Positions 51,869 to 61,647 of a stretch of 64,000 bases of DNA are shown here, in pieces; positions within the stretch are counted from its first letter, which is position 1, and every line of letters begins with the position of its first letter. The stretch covers positions 1,135,222-1,199,221 of the forward strand of contig PNAE01000007.1 of NCBI GenBank assembly GCA_003169895.1, in the 5' to 3' direction. Under the pieces are notes generated by a model. That model did no database searches. It was not told the DNA's origin and was given only the letters and a program-made list of their open reading frames with translations. The position numbers were made by a program, and so were the translations under genes. Origin of the DNA: Gemmatimonadota bacterium. GTDB lineage: Bacteria; Gemmatimonadota; Gemmatimonadetes; Gemmatimonadales; GWC2-71-9.

Positions 51869-53611
51869 ATGCCATTCCACGAATCGAAGCTCCTGGTTGC
51901 TGCGGCGCTCGCGGCATGCCTCGGCGCATGCAGCAGCAACACCGTCCCAACGGCCACCGGTCCAAGCACCTTCGTCACCAATCCCTGCAGCCCGACCGCA
52001 ACCCTGCAACTCGCCGTCGCACAGGGAGCGCTCCTCGACTGCGGCGCCGGTGGAACGACGGTGACCTTGGCCGGCAACGGCGCGAGCTATCTGATCATTC
52101 CGCAGTTCCCGACCAACCAGGTCGCGAATCAGCCGGTGTCGTACACCCTCGCCACCGGGAATCTTGCCGCGGCGCTTGCCTCATCCCAGCGTGTCGCCGC
52201 GCTGCGGTCATCGCCGGGGGGCCTGGCATCCGGCCTTGCCGGCGGGGTGCCCGCATTACGCCCGCGGGAACGGCAGCTCGCCTTCGAGAACGCGATCTTC
52301 GCGCGGGCACGCGGTGCCGCCATCCTGCCGGCGTTGCCGCCGCGTGCCGCGCTCGCAACCCCGCCCACCGTGGGCAGTACCCAGGCGTTCCGGGTCCTGT
52401 CCAACCTCACGGCCGGCACCTGGACCACCATTACCGCGCAGCTGACGTTCGTTGGCACCAACGTCCTGCTGTACATCGATGTCAACGCGCCGGCGAACGG
52501 GTTCACGCCGACCCAGCTTGCCGCGTTCGGGCAGCTTTTCGACCAGACGTTGTACGGGATCGATGTCGGGGCGTTCGGCCAGCCATCGGATGTCGACCAG
52601 AACGGGCACGTGATCATGCTCATGTCGCCGGTCGTGAACGCCGACACGCCGGCGTCGACCTGCGCATCGCAGGGTTATGTGGTGGGATTCTTCGATCCCG
52701 AGGACTTCACTTCGAGTGTCAACTCCAACCAGGGCGAGATTTTCTATTCGGTTGTCCCCGACCCGAATGCAACCGTTAGCTGCTCGCATTCGGTTGCCCG
52801 CCTGGGGCTCGACATTCCGGCGACGTTCCTGCACGAGCTGCAGCACCTCATCAACTTTTCGCAGCATGTGGTCATCAATAACGGCAATCCGCTGTCGAGC
52901 TGGCTGGACGAGGGGATGAGTATCGCCGCTGAAGAACTCGGCTCAGACTACTACGAGCAGAAGTGTCCGCCACCGGCGTGCCGAACCGATCCGGCGCAAA
53001 TATTCCCCGATTCGTCGCAGGGATTCGTCAACGGATTCCTGTACGATTCCTACCAGTACGCCCTCCTGCCGGATACGGCGAGCCTCACGTTGCACAGCGA
53101 TTCGGACGACGGCTTTTCCTGGCGTGGTGGCGACTGGGCACTGGTACGGTATCTCGGCGATCGATTCGGAAGCGGGTTCTACCAGCAGCTCGAGCAGGGG
53201 CCCTCGGACGGTCTCACCGCCATCGCGGCGGCGGCGGGACACTCGTTCCCGTCGCTGTTCGCCGACTTCGGGACGGCCCTGTACACCGACAGCTTCCCAG
53301 GCCTGCCGCGCGCGACGGCTCCCGCCGTTGACCGGTTCGGCTCACGCAATGTACGGCAACTGTGGGCGAGGTTGTTCACGACGTCGGGGCCGAGCACGAG
53401 CTTCCCCCGTGCCATGCCGCTGCAGCTGTTCGCCGTCACCACCGATACGTCCCCGTTCGTGATGAACCCGGGGACGATGTCGTTCTGGCGGCTGGACACG
53501 CCGGCCGCTGATTCGACGGTGTCGATCCGCTTTGCCACGCCCGGCGGCAACCGCTTGTCACCGGCGCTTCACCCGCAACTGGCGATCTTCAGGCTGCCGG
53601 CCGGACAATAA
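51869..53611 (+). CDS. Lipoprotein zinc metallopeptidase (HExxH; M30 hyicolysin-like from memory)
   Basis: Lipobox AAALAACLGAC. TFLHELQHLINFSQH...WLDEGMS. Confidence 0.55.
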   Translation: MPFHESKLLVAAALAACLGACSSNTVPTATGPSTFVTNPCSPTATLQLAVAQGALLDCGAGGTTVTLAGNGASYLIIPQFPTNQVANQPVSYTLATGNLAAALASSQRVAALRSSPGGLASGLAGGVPALRPRERQLAFENAIFARARGAAILPALPPRAALATPPTVGSTQAFRVLSNLTAGTWTTITAQLTFVGTNVLLYIDVNAPANGFTPTQLAAFGQLFDQTLYGIDVGAFGQPSDVDQNGHVIMLMSPVVNADTPASTCASQGYVVGFFDPEDFTSSVNSNQGEIFYSVVPDPNATVSCSHSVARLGLDIPATFLHELQHLINFSQHVVINNGNPLSSWLDEGMSIAAEELGSDYYEQKCPPPACRTDPAQIFPDSSQGFVNGFLYDSYQYALLPDTASLTLHSDSDDGFSWRGGDWALVRYLGDRFGSGFYQQLEQGPSDGLTAIAAAAGHSFPSLFADFGTALYTDSFPGLPRATAPAVDRFGSRNVRQLWARLFTTSGPSTSFPRAMPLQLFAVTTDTSPFVMNPGTMSFWRLDTPAADSTVSIRFATPGGNRLSPALHPQLAIFRLPAGQ

Positions 53612-53629
53612 CGCGGCGGCGTGAACCGG

Positions 53630-53803
53630 TCAGCTCGACGGGTCCTTGGATCGGGTGCGAGTCACGCCAGTCAGGATCCCGAGGCCGAGGAGAATCACGC
53701 AGGTGATGGCCACCCAGACGTGACTCAAGCCGGCCGTGGCCAGAGCCCATGCCACGCCACCGATGAAGATGACGAACCCGATGGTATAGAGTGCGAACGA
53801 CAC
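53630..53803 (-). CDS. Small two-TM membrane protein (57 aa), not in the ORF track
   Basis: AGGAGG 7-8 nt upstream of a GTG. Translation VSFALYTIGFVIFIGGVAWALATAGLSHVWVAITCVILLGLGILTGVTRTRSKDPSS. Confidence 0.5.
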   Translation of the reverse strand: MSFALYTIGFVIFIGGVAWALATAGLSHVWVAITCVILLGLGILTGVTRTRSKDPSS

Positions 53804-53926
53804 GAGGCCACCTCCTGGCTATGCCTGCGTTCGGCATGAGAGACGACCGGCGCGCGGCAACGGACACTCCGCCGGACGCCGCATCCACTCGACCTCGGTT
53901 GCGACGATGGTACGCGCAGCTGGCCG

Positions 53927-56140
53927 TCAGTGGCTGCCGTGCACCTGAATGACACGGTCCAGCCGGATGTCGGCCGATGAGGCTCCCACCTCGAGGCGTA
54001 CCGGCTCCGATTCCGTGCTCCACGCATGGGCGCCAACATTCCAGTACGCGAGAGACGCCGTCGGCAGCGGAAACACAACGGTACGGGTCTCACCAGGATT
54101 GAGCGTGACCCGCTGATAGCCCCGCAGGTCCTGCCTCGGCCGCGTAACCGCTGAACCCAGGTGCTGCACGTAGAGTTGCACGACTTCGTCACCGGCGCGG
54201 TGCCCGGTGTTGGTGATGTTAACTCGAACCGCGACGGTGTCACCGGCGGCGAGGGAGTCGGTGCTGGTACGCAACGAATCGTACGCGAACGTGGTGTAAC
54301 TCAGCCCGTGGCCGAACGGATACAGCGGCGGTCCGTCGAAGAAGCGATAGGTGCGTCCCGCCATGCTGTAGTTGTCGAACGCCGGCAGATCGTCGACGCT
54401 TCGATAGAACGTCACCGGCAGTCGGCCGCCGGGGTTGTAATCGCCGAACAGCACATCGGCAATCGCCGCGCCGCCGGCCTGTCCGGGGTACCACGCATCG
54501 ACGATGGCTGGCACATGCTCCTGCGCCCAGTTCACCGCGAGCGCGCTGCCATTCATCAATACCAGCACCGTCGGCTTGCCGATGGCGGCGATGCGTTCGA
54601 GTAGCCGCTCCTGTGCCGCCGGCAGGTCGATCGACGTGCGGTCGCCGCCGCGGAAGCCGGCGACTTGCACCGGCATCTCTTCGCCCTCCAACTCGTTGGT
54701 GAGGCCAAGGAAAAGCACCACGGCGTCCGCCGCTGTGGCGGCCCTTACGGCGTCCTCCTCCAGCGTCGCGGATGTCTCTGAGTCCGGGCCCGCAACGCCG
54801 TCAGCCAGGTTCGCGCCGCGGGCGTACAGGACGTGGGTACCCATCGCGACCGCCGCACGGATGCCACGGAGGGGGGTGATCGTGTCGGACGGGCTGCCAT
54901 TGTAGTTGCCAAGCAGCATGGCAGCCTGGTCCGCGTTCGGGCCGATGACTGCGAGTGCACGGAGATCCTTGCGCAGCGGCAGCAGCCCGCCCTGGTTCTT
55001 GAGCAGCACGATTGACTCGCGCGCGACCTGCCGGGCGAGCTCGCGGTGCGATGGCTCGTCGACCACGCGGTATGGAATCCGCGACCAGGGCACGCGATCG
55101 GCCGAATCGAACATGCCGAGCTTCATGCGCGCCATGAAGAGGCGGGTGACGGACGAATCGATCTCCGCGTCCGTGATCAGGCCCTGATGGACCGCGTCGA
55201 CCAGCGCCGAATACACTCCGCCGCACTCGAGGTCCGTGCCGCTCTTCACTGCCAGTGCCGCTGCCTCGGCCGCGGTGGCGACCACCTTGTGGCGCTGGTA
55301 GATGTCATCGATGGCACCGCAGTCGGACACGACGTAGCCGGGAAAGCCCCATTCACCGCGCAGGACGTCCGTGAGCAGCATGTTGCTGCCGCAGGCAGCC
55401 TTCGCGTCGACCCGGTTGTACGCGCACATCAGGGAGTACGCGCCGCCCTGCTTGATCCCAGCCTCGAAGTGCGGCAGGTAGCTCTCGCGAAGGTCGCGTT
55501 CGCTCACGACCGCGTCGAATGTGTGCCGCGCCGGTTCAGGTCCGCTGTGCACGGCGAAATGCTTCACGGTCGCGACGGCCTTGAGGTACTTGGGATCGTC
55601 CCCCTGCATGCCATGGATGAACTGCACTGCCAGTCGGCCCGTGAGGAACGGGTCCTCGCCGTAGGTTTCCTGGCCGCGCCCCCAGCGTGGATCGCGAAAC
55701 AGGTTGATGTTCGGCGACCAGAACGTCAGGCCACCGTAGCGATCATGCTTGTCCTGCCGGAGGTATTCCTGGTACTTGGCGCGCGCTTCGTCCGAGATGA
55801 CGCTCGCCGCGCGGAAGAGCAATGAATCGTCCCACGTGGCGGCGAGCCCGATGGCCTGGGGGAACGACGTGGCGAGTCCCGAGCGTGCCACGCCGTGGAG
55901 CGCTTCGTTCCACCAGTTGTAGGCCGGTACGCCGAGCCGGTCGATGGCGGGCGCGACGTCCTTCATCTGGGAAACCTTCTCCGCCAGCGTCATCCGGGCG
56001 ACGAGGTCGCGTACCCGCGCGGCGAACGGGAGGTCCTGGTTCAGGTAATCCGGGGTTTGCGCACCGGCGGCGGCGGCGAGGAGGCTGCACAATGCAGCGG
56101 CGCCGAGCAGGGAGGAGCGGGTCATCGGACGGATGGTCAT
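53927..56140 (-). CDS. Glycoside hydrolase family 3 (beta-glucosidase / beta-xylosidase type)
   Basis: Signal peptide, GYVVSDCGAIDD catalytic region, the GH3 C-domain and an Fn3-like tail. Confidence 0.9.
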   Translation of the reverse strand: MTIRPMTRSSLLGAAALCSLLAAAAGAQTPDYLNQDLPFAARVRDLVARMTLAEKVSQMKDVAPAIDRLGVPAYNWWNEALHGVARSGLATSFPQAIGLAATWDDSLLFRAASVISDEARAKYQEYLRQDKHDRYGGLTFWSPNINLFRDPRWGRGQETYGEDPFLTGRLAVQFIHGMQGDDPKYLKAVATVKHFAVHSGPEPARHTFDAVVSERDLRESYLPHFEAGIKQGGAYSLMCAYNRVDAKAACGSNMLLTDVLRGEWGFPGYVVSDCGAIDDIYQRHKVVATAAEAAALAVKSGTDLECGGVYSALVDAVHQGLITDAEIDSSVTRLFMARMKLGMFDSADRVPWSRIPYRVVDEPSHRELARQVARESIVLLKNQGGLLPLRKDLRALAVIGPNADQAAMLLGNYNGSPSDTITPLRGIRAAVAMGTHVLYARGANLADGVAGPDSETSATLEEDAVRAATAADAVVLFLGLTNELEGEEMPVQVAGFRGGDRTSIDLPAAQERLLERIAAIGKPTVLVLMNGSALAVNWAQEHVPAIVDAWYPGQAGGAAIADVLFGDYNPGGRLPVTFYRSVDDLPAFDNYSMAGRTYRFFDGPPLYPFGHGLSYTTFAYDSLRTSTDSLAAGDTVAVRVNITNTGHRAGDEVVQLYVQHLGSAVTRPRQDLRGYQRVTLNPGETRTVVFPLPTASLAYWNVGAHAWSTESEPVRLEVGASSADIRLDRVIQVHGSH

Positions 56141-56164
56141 TCGTCGATCCTCAATGATCGGTGG

Positions 56165-58153
56165 TCAGGTTCCCCGCATCAACGGTATGAACTCCGCATC
56201 ATCCTTCGCCAGCGACTTGAGCCAATCGATGAGCGTAGTGATCTGTTCGGGCGGATACGTGCCGGTGCGGCCCGAGATCACATGCACGATGTGGAGCTCG
56301 CGACCAGTTTGGGTGTACTCGGCCTGATAGGTTCCGAATACGCTGCTGGCCGACACCGGCGCTGGAAGCTGCGCGGTCCATCCAGCGGGGAGCGTGAGCC
56401 GCAACTCCCGCCGCGTCGTGAGCGGCCCAACGACGCGACCGGCATCGATCGGTAACCGGCGCTTGTCCGCGCGCTCGAGTTCCTCGACCAGCCTGCGGTA
56501 GACTTGCGCCGAGCCGCTGAAGTTGGCGGGGATCGATAGGATCATGAGCGAGCCGGCCGGCTTGGCACCCTCGCCATTGCGGAGCGCGATCTCGATGGCG
56601 GGCGGCACGGTACGATCGCGCCCGTCGGGAAAGATGATCGTATCCACCGTTGCGTCGGGGAATGGCCGCGGCGCCTCGCGCTTGAGGCTGGCACGGCGCG
56701 CCGAATCGGGTGGCTCGGCATACGCCCGGCGGAGGGTGTTCTCGGCCAGGCCACCCCGAGCAGCCAGTGAGAAGCGCCCGGTGACGTGGCCATCGGGCGT
56801 CAATTCACCAACGAACCGCTGCTCGGACACGCCGCCAGAGTCCTTCGGGAACGTCACGTCGCGCGAGCTGCCATCCGGCAGGACGACCAGCCCGAATGCG
56901 CCCTGGTAGGAGGGCGGGACCTCGCCGGCGGGGTAGTCGAAGGTCGTCAGGTCGAGGAACCCATATCCCGGGATACCACGACGCTCGACCGCGGCGATCA
57001 CATGGTTGAACTGTTCGATGGCGGGCAGTTCCTTGTCGATGCCGCCGAAGCTGTTCAGCAGGACCGGGTACGCGATGATGCCCAGGTGGCGCGCAGCGGC
57101 GATGAACAGTGTCGCCTTGTCCTTGCAATCGCCAAAGCCGGTCGCCACGGTCGCTTCGGGAAATCGTGGCTGATATCCGCCGATGCCAAATGAGATCGAC
57201 ACGTAGCGCAGGTCCCGCGCGATCCAGCGATGCAGCGCGGTCACCGTATCGTCGGCGCTTCGCGCCTGGCGGACGATGGAATCCACCGCCGCAGTCAAGG
57301 CCGGCGTCAGCACGTAGCGATCCTTCGACAGACCGTTGTACCAGCGGCCGATGTCACTCCATGCGAGCGGCGATCCCACCCGGATCGACATCGAGGGAAT
57401 GCTCGAGTCGGGAGCAAAGACCTCCCGCCTGGGTGGCCTGACGTTCCGGGCCGCCCAGGTGAACCGGTGGCGGCCGCCATCGATCTGTTCGCCGCGCTTG
57501 AAGTCGAGATGCCGCTCGATGATGCGGGGATTGACTGACGCGGGGACGTCGAGCACGAACAGCGAACGCAGCGCCGGCGTCGGCATCGAGACGCTCCACG
57601 ACGCGAGCAGGTCGCCGGGCAGCGGGGGCTTGCTGTTCTCGATGGTGGTGCTGAGGTCTACGATCGTTCCGGGTGCGACGTTGCTGAGCGAATACCGCAG
57701 CACTTTCGTCTGGGTGTATACCGGGTCGCGCAGCGATGCGGAGACGTCCGACGCCTGGGACTGGCTCGGCTTGTCGCTGATCACTTCACCGGAAGGCCGT
57801 ACGACCCGCATCCAGTTCACCGTGACCTTTTCGCGCTCCGGTTGATAACTGATACTGCGTTCCGCCCAGCCGGCGACCGCCGCTGGCTTGAGGATCTGCA
57901 CGACCTGACGGAAGGTGCGAGTACTGCGCCCGTCCGCTTCGTAGTGGGCGACTTCCTCATCGAGCAGGTAGACGAACGAGTACTCTCGATAGGCGGCAGA
58001 ATCGACGGCGAGTTGGTAGATGGTATCCAACGGAGCCTTGGAATGACCGCGACGCATGGCGTCCACCGCCGGTGCGGCGCCGGGAGCACGTGACCCACCG
58101 AGGACAACGGCACCAGCCGCCGCGGCGACAAAGGAGAACGAGGCTGGCCTCAT
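56165..58153 (-). CDS. DUF3857 + transglutaminase-like cysteine-protease-fold protein
   Basis: TGFGDCKDKATLF core-Cys motif after a long N-domain. ATGA overlap with the upstream gene. The track ORF start (58342) is over-extended. Confidence 0.7.
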   Translation of the reverse strand: MRPASFSFVAAAAGAVVLGGSRAPGAAPAVDAMRRGHSKAPLDTIYQLAVDSAAYREYSFVYLLDEEVAHYEADGRSTRTFRQVVQILKPAAVAGWAERSISYQPEREKVTVNWMRVVRPSGEVISDKPSQSQASDVSASLRDPVYTQTKVLRYSLSNVAPGTIVDLSTTIENSKPPLPGDLLASWSVSMPTPALRSLFVLDVPASVNPRIIERHLDFKRGEQIDGGRHRFTWAARNVRPPRREVFAPDSSIPSMSIRVGSPLAWSDIGRWYNGLSKDRYVLTPALTAAVDSIVRQARSADDTVTALHRWIARDLRYVSISFGIGGYQPRFPEATVATGFGDCKDKATLFIAAARHLGIIAYPVLLNSFGGIDKELPAIEQFNHVIAAVERRGIPGYGFLDLTTFDYPAGEVPPSYQGAFGLVVLPDGSSRDVTFPKDSGGVSEQRFVGELTPDGHVTGRFSLAARGGLAENTLRRAYAEPPDSARRASLKREAPRPFPDATVDTIIFPDGRDRTVPPAIEIALRNGEGAKPAGSLMILSIPANFSGSAQVYRRLVEELERADKRRLPIDAGRVVGPLTTRRELRLTLPAGWTAQLPAPVSASSVFGTYQAEYTQTGRELHIVHVISGRTGTYPPEQITTLIDWLKSLAKDDAEFIPLMRGT

Positions 58154-61100
58154 TCGCCCGGTTTCCTGCCGCCGCGGATCGCTGCCCGCGCCGCACTCGG
58201 CACGCAGGCCGGCACCGCCAACGCCGGGCTCGCCGCAGCGATCGGCTTGACCCCATTCTGCTGCAGCAGCGCGTTGATCTCCACCAGGTCCCTGGTGTTG
58301 ATGGTGTTCCACGCAGTCACCACCGCCTTCAGATCGGCGCACGCCGCGAGATACGCCTTGTTCATCGGCTCACTGGGCGCCATGTCGGCAAAGTCGATCG
58401 TGGTTTGCTGCCGATTCATCGTCCCGTTGAGAGCCACGAATGTCGGCGCCGCACCCGCACCGCCCCCGCGGCCGCCACCGAACCCACCGCCGCGTCCCCC
58501 GCCACCGGTGGCACCACCGACGGTCAGTAGCCTGGCATCGAACGCCGTCGCAGCCGAATCCACCGGTGCGGGTGGATTGCCGCGCTTCACCTCGGCGATC
58601 GCCGCGCGCATGGCCGCCACCTGATCGTAGCCCGCCATCGCCTCCTTGGCGCCGTCGAACAGCTTCAGCTGCAACGCTTGCTGTGCGACGAGGTCTGCAG
58701 CGGTGGCGGGTGAACGCGGATCGTTCTTGACGATGACGCTTTGGGTGTAGCTCTTTCCGTCCACGGTCAACTTGACGGTGTATACCCCCGGCAACGCCAG
58801 CGGCCCCTCGGGCGACCATGGCGTTTCACCGGCCACGGCGCCCATCACTTGTGCAAAGTTGTGGGTGAACGTCGGCGGGTTGTCATACCGGATGTTCCAG
58901 TTGATCCGGTTGGTGCCGACTTCCATCGGCATCGGCTTCGACTTTTCCAGCCAGAACTCCGGCACCGGCGGCGGCGCCTCGGTGAGCGGTGGAATCGGGG
59001 CGCTCGAGTAGTGACGCACGGGCTTGCCCATCGCGTCCATGATGTCGAGCATGATGTCGCCCGATGGCTTGGCGCCGAGATAGTAGTAGATCACCGCGCC
59101 CAGAGGGGGATTCTCGGCGTGTGGCATTTCAGGCGGAATCGGCGTGTCGCCATTGACATTGCGCCGCACCCGGATCGCGTCGCCCGGCTTGAACAGATGC
59201 GCGGCTTCGGAAGCGATCGATGGCGTGAGCTGGCGGAGCGGCGAAATGTCATCCAGCACCCAGAAGCTCCGGCCATAGGTGCCAACGACCAGATCGTTGT
59301 CCTTGATCACCATGTCGCGGTACGAAGTGTTGGGCAGGTTGAGCATCAGCGACTGCCAGTCGTCGCCGTCGTTGAACGACACGTACACCGAACTCTCGGT
59401 ACCGGCAAACAAGAGACCCGACTTCCTGGTGTCGGCTCGAATCACCCGCGCAAAACTCCCGCTCGGCTGATCGGTGCGCATTCCATTGATGATCTTCGCC
59501 CAAGTCCTGCCGTAGTCGCGAGTGCGATAGAAGTACGGCGTGTAATCGCCAACGCCGTGATAATCGATCGCGACATATGCCGTGGCGGGATCCTGATGGG
59601 ACGCGTCGATCGCCAGAATGTCGGCGCGCGTGGGGTTGGAGAGGTCGGGGATGGTGACGTCGTCCCAAGTGAGGCCGTGGTTCTTCGTCACCTTGATCAG
59701 GCCGTTGTTCGTCCCCACCCAGATGACGCCACCGTTGACGCTCGATGGCGAAATCGACTCGATCGAACCGCCGGCCGGCACACCGGGCCCGCCGCCACCA
59801 CCTCGACCGCCGCCTCCGCCTGCTGGTGCTGGGGGCGGTGTCACGCCCCTGGGATAGCCCAGGTCGGGACTCAATTTCTTCCAGTGCACGCCGCCGTCGG
59901 TGGTTGCCATGAGATACTGGAAGCCCACCAGCAGTTCGTGCGGATTGGTCGCCGACCAGAGCATCGGCTGGTTGCCGACTTTGCGCAGTCCTTCGCTGGC
60001 GGCCATGTTGGGCGAAACGTTGATCCACTGACCGCTGGGATAGAAGATCTTGACGATCCCGGCCGCCGGTCCACCAGAATACACGATGTCGGGATTGAGC
60101 GGATCGGCAACGATCGATCCGAATTCATACCCCGGGACGGCCCGCCAATCGAGCACGGTGATGGCACCCAGGTCGCCCCGCGATCGGGTCGCGATGGCGC
60201 CAGCGTCCTGCTGGGTGGCATACACCCAATATGGATACGAGTTGTCAACGGAAATGTGGTAGACCTGTTCGGTCGCCTGATTGTACCAGGGACTCCAGGT
60301 GTCGCCGCCGTCGAGCGAAATGGTCGCCCCCTGATCGACACCCAGGAACATCCGCCTACCGTCGGTCGGATCGATCCACATCACCTGCGGATCGTCGCCG
60401 CCCGGCGCACCCTTGAACGCGGCGAAGGTGTTGCCGCCGTCGAGCGAGCGATAACTCGACGTGGCGAGCGTGTACACGATGTCCGGATTGCTGGGATCAA
60501 CGAACACGCCTGACGTGTAGTTCCCCTGGCCGTTGGCGATCCGGCTGTCGCTCGCGGCCACGCGGCGCCACGAATCGCCGCCATCATCGGAGCGGTACAG
60601 TCCGAATCCGCCGATAATGAACATCCGTTGCGCATTGGTGTGCGTCGCGATGGCGACGCAGGTGCGCCCGGTGAGAATCGGCAAGCCGTGCCCACTGATC
60701 TCCTGCCAGGTCACGCCTTCGTCGGTGGACTTGAACAGTTTCGTGTTGGTCGGCCCGACTGGTCCGCCACCGCCGCGCCCACCTCGTCCGGCGCCTGGTG
60801 GGGCTCCCGCCGCCGGTGCGCCGCCGCCGCGGGGTGCGAGCGGATTGGTGAAGTGCTGCACCGTCGTCGCAAGGACGACGTTGGGATGATCATACGCATA
60901 AACGAGCTTCTGGATGCCGACGGAGTCACTGACATAGAGTGTCTTCGTCCAGGTCTTCCCGCCGTCGGCCGACCGATATAGCCCCCGCTGGTCGTTCTTG
61001 ACGTGAATGTTTCCCTGTGCCGCAACGAGAACGATATCGGGATCACGCGGATCGACGACGATCGACGGGATCTGCTTTGTCTCGTCCAGGCCGAGGTGCT

Positions 61101-61581
61101 GCCAGGTCTTGCCGGCATCGGCGGACTTGTACACCCCGTTGCCTTCGTTGATGCCACCGCCGGTGACCAAGTCGCCCATGCCGACATAGATGACGTTGGG
61201 GTCCGACGGCGCGACTTCGATCGCGCCGACCGACGACGCTTCCTTGACCGCGTCCAGGACCGGGTACCATGTCACGCCGGCGCTGGTCGTCTTCCAGACA
61301 CCGCCGAGCGGCAGGCCCATGTAGAACACGCCGGGCCGCCCGACCGCGCCGGTGACCGCCGAAACGCGCCCGCCGCGAAACGGCCCGATGTTGCGCCAGA
61401 CCAGGCCATGGTAGAGAAGCGGCTCGATTGGAGTCCGGACCACGCCGGTGGTGAGCAATCCAATCTGCAACATCGCCATGCCGGAAAACCAGCGGAGAGA
61501 GAACGCGCGCGTGAACATGGTGGGCACACCCTCGACGTGAAAATGGGAGTCGAGCGAATCATATGTCGAGGTCTTCTGCAT
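58150..61581 (-). CDS. VPS10/sortilin-type BNR-repeat beta-propeller protein, paralog A
   Basis: Many SxDxGxTW motifs (SADAGKTWQ, SADGGKTWT, STDEGVTWQ, SLDGGDTWS, TRDYGRTWA). The probable start is MFTRAF at 61518. Confidence 0.8.
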   Translation of the reverse strand: MQKTSTYDSLDSHFHVEGVPTMFTRAFSLRWFSGMAMLQIGLLTTGVVRTPIEPLLYHGLVWRNIGPFRGGRVSAVTGAVGRPGVFYMGLPLGGVWKTTSAGVTWYPVLDAVKEASSVGAIEVAPSDPNVIYVGMGDLVTGGGINEGNGVYKSADAGKTWQHLGLDETKQIPSIVVDPRDPDIVLVAAQGNIHVKNDQRGLYRSADGGKTWTKTLYVSDSVGIQKLVYAYDHPNVVLATTVQHFTNPLAPRGGGAPAAGAPPGAGRGGRGGGGPVGPTNTKLFKSTDEGVTWQEISGHGLPILTGRTCVAIATHTNAQRMFIIGGFGLYRSDDGGDSWRRVAASDSRIANGQGNYTSGVFVDPSNPDIVYTLATSSYRSLDGGNTFAAFKGAPGGDDPQVMWIDPTDGRRMFLGVDQGATISLDGGDTWSPWYNQATEQVYHISVDNSYPYWVYATQQDAGAIATRSRGDLGAITVLDWRAVPGYEFGSIVADPLNPDIVYSGGPAAGIVKIFYPSGQWINVSPNMAASEGLRKVGNQPMLWSATNPHELLVGFQYLMATTDGGVHWKKLSPDLGYPRGVTPPPAPAGGGGGRGGGGGPGVPAGGSIESISPSSVNGGVIWVGTNNGLIKVTKNHGLTWDDVTIPDLSNPTRADILAIDASHQDPATAYVAIDYHGVGDYTPYFYRTRDYGRTWAKIINGMRTDQPSGSFARVIRADTRKSGLLFAGTESSVYVSFNDGDDWQSLMLNLPNTSYRDMVIKDNDLVVGTYGRSFWVLDDISPLRQLTPSIASEAAHLFKPGDAIRVRRNVNGDTPIPPEMPHAENPPLGAVIYYYLGAKPSGDIMLDIMDAMGKPVRHYSSAPIPPLTEAPPPVPEFWLEKSKPMPMEVGTNRINWNIRYDNPPTFTHNFAQVMGAVAGETPWSPEGPLALPGVYTVKLTVDGKSYTQSVIVKNDPRSPATAADLVAQQALQLKLFDGAKEAMAGYDQVAAMRAAIAEVKRGNPPAPVDSAATAFDARLLTVGGATGGGGRGGGFGGGRGGGAGAAPTFVALNGTMNRQQTTIDFADMAPSEPMNKAYLAACADLKAVVTAWNTINTRDLVEINALLQQNGVKPIAAASPALAVPACVPSAARAAIRGGRKPGE

Positions 61582-61647
61582 GCACAGGCCGATGTGCGTC
61601 GCGGTATTACCGCACCGTCCGCTCGAGCTTTCCTCGCCGGTGCCGCG

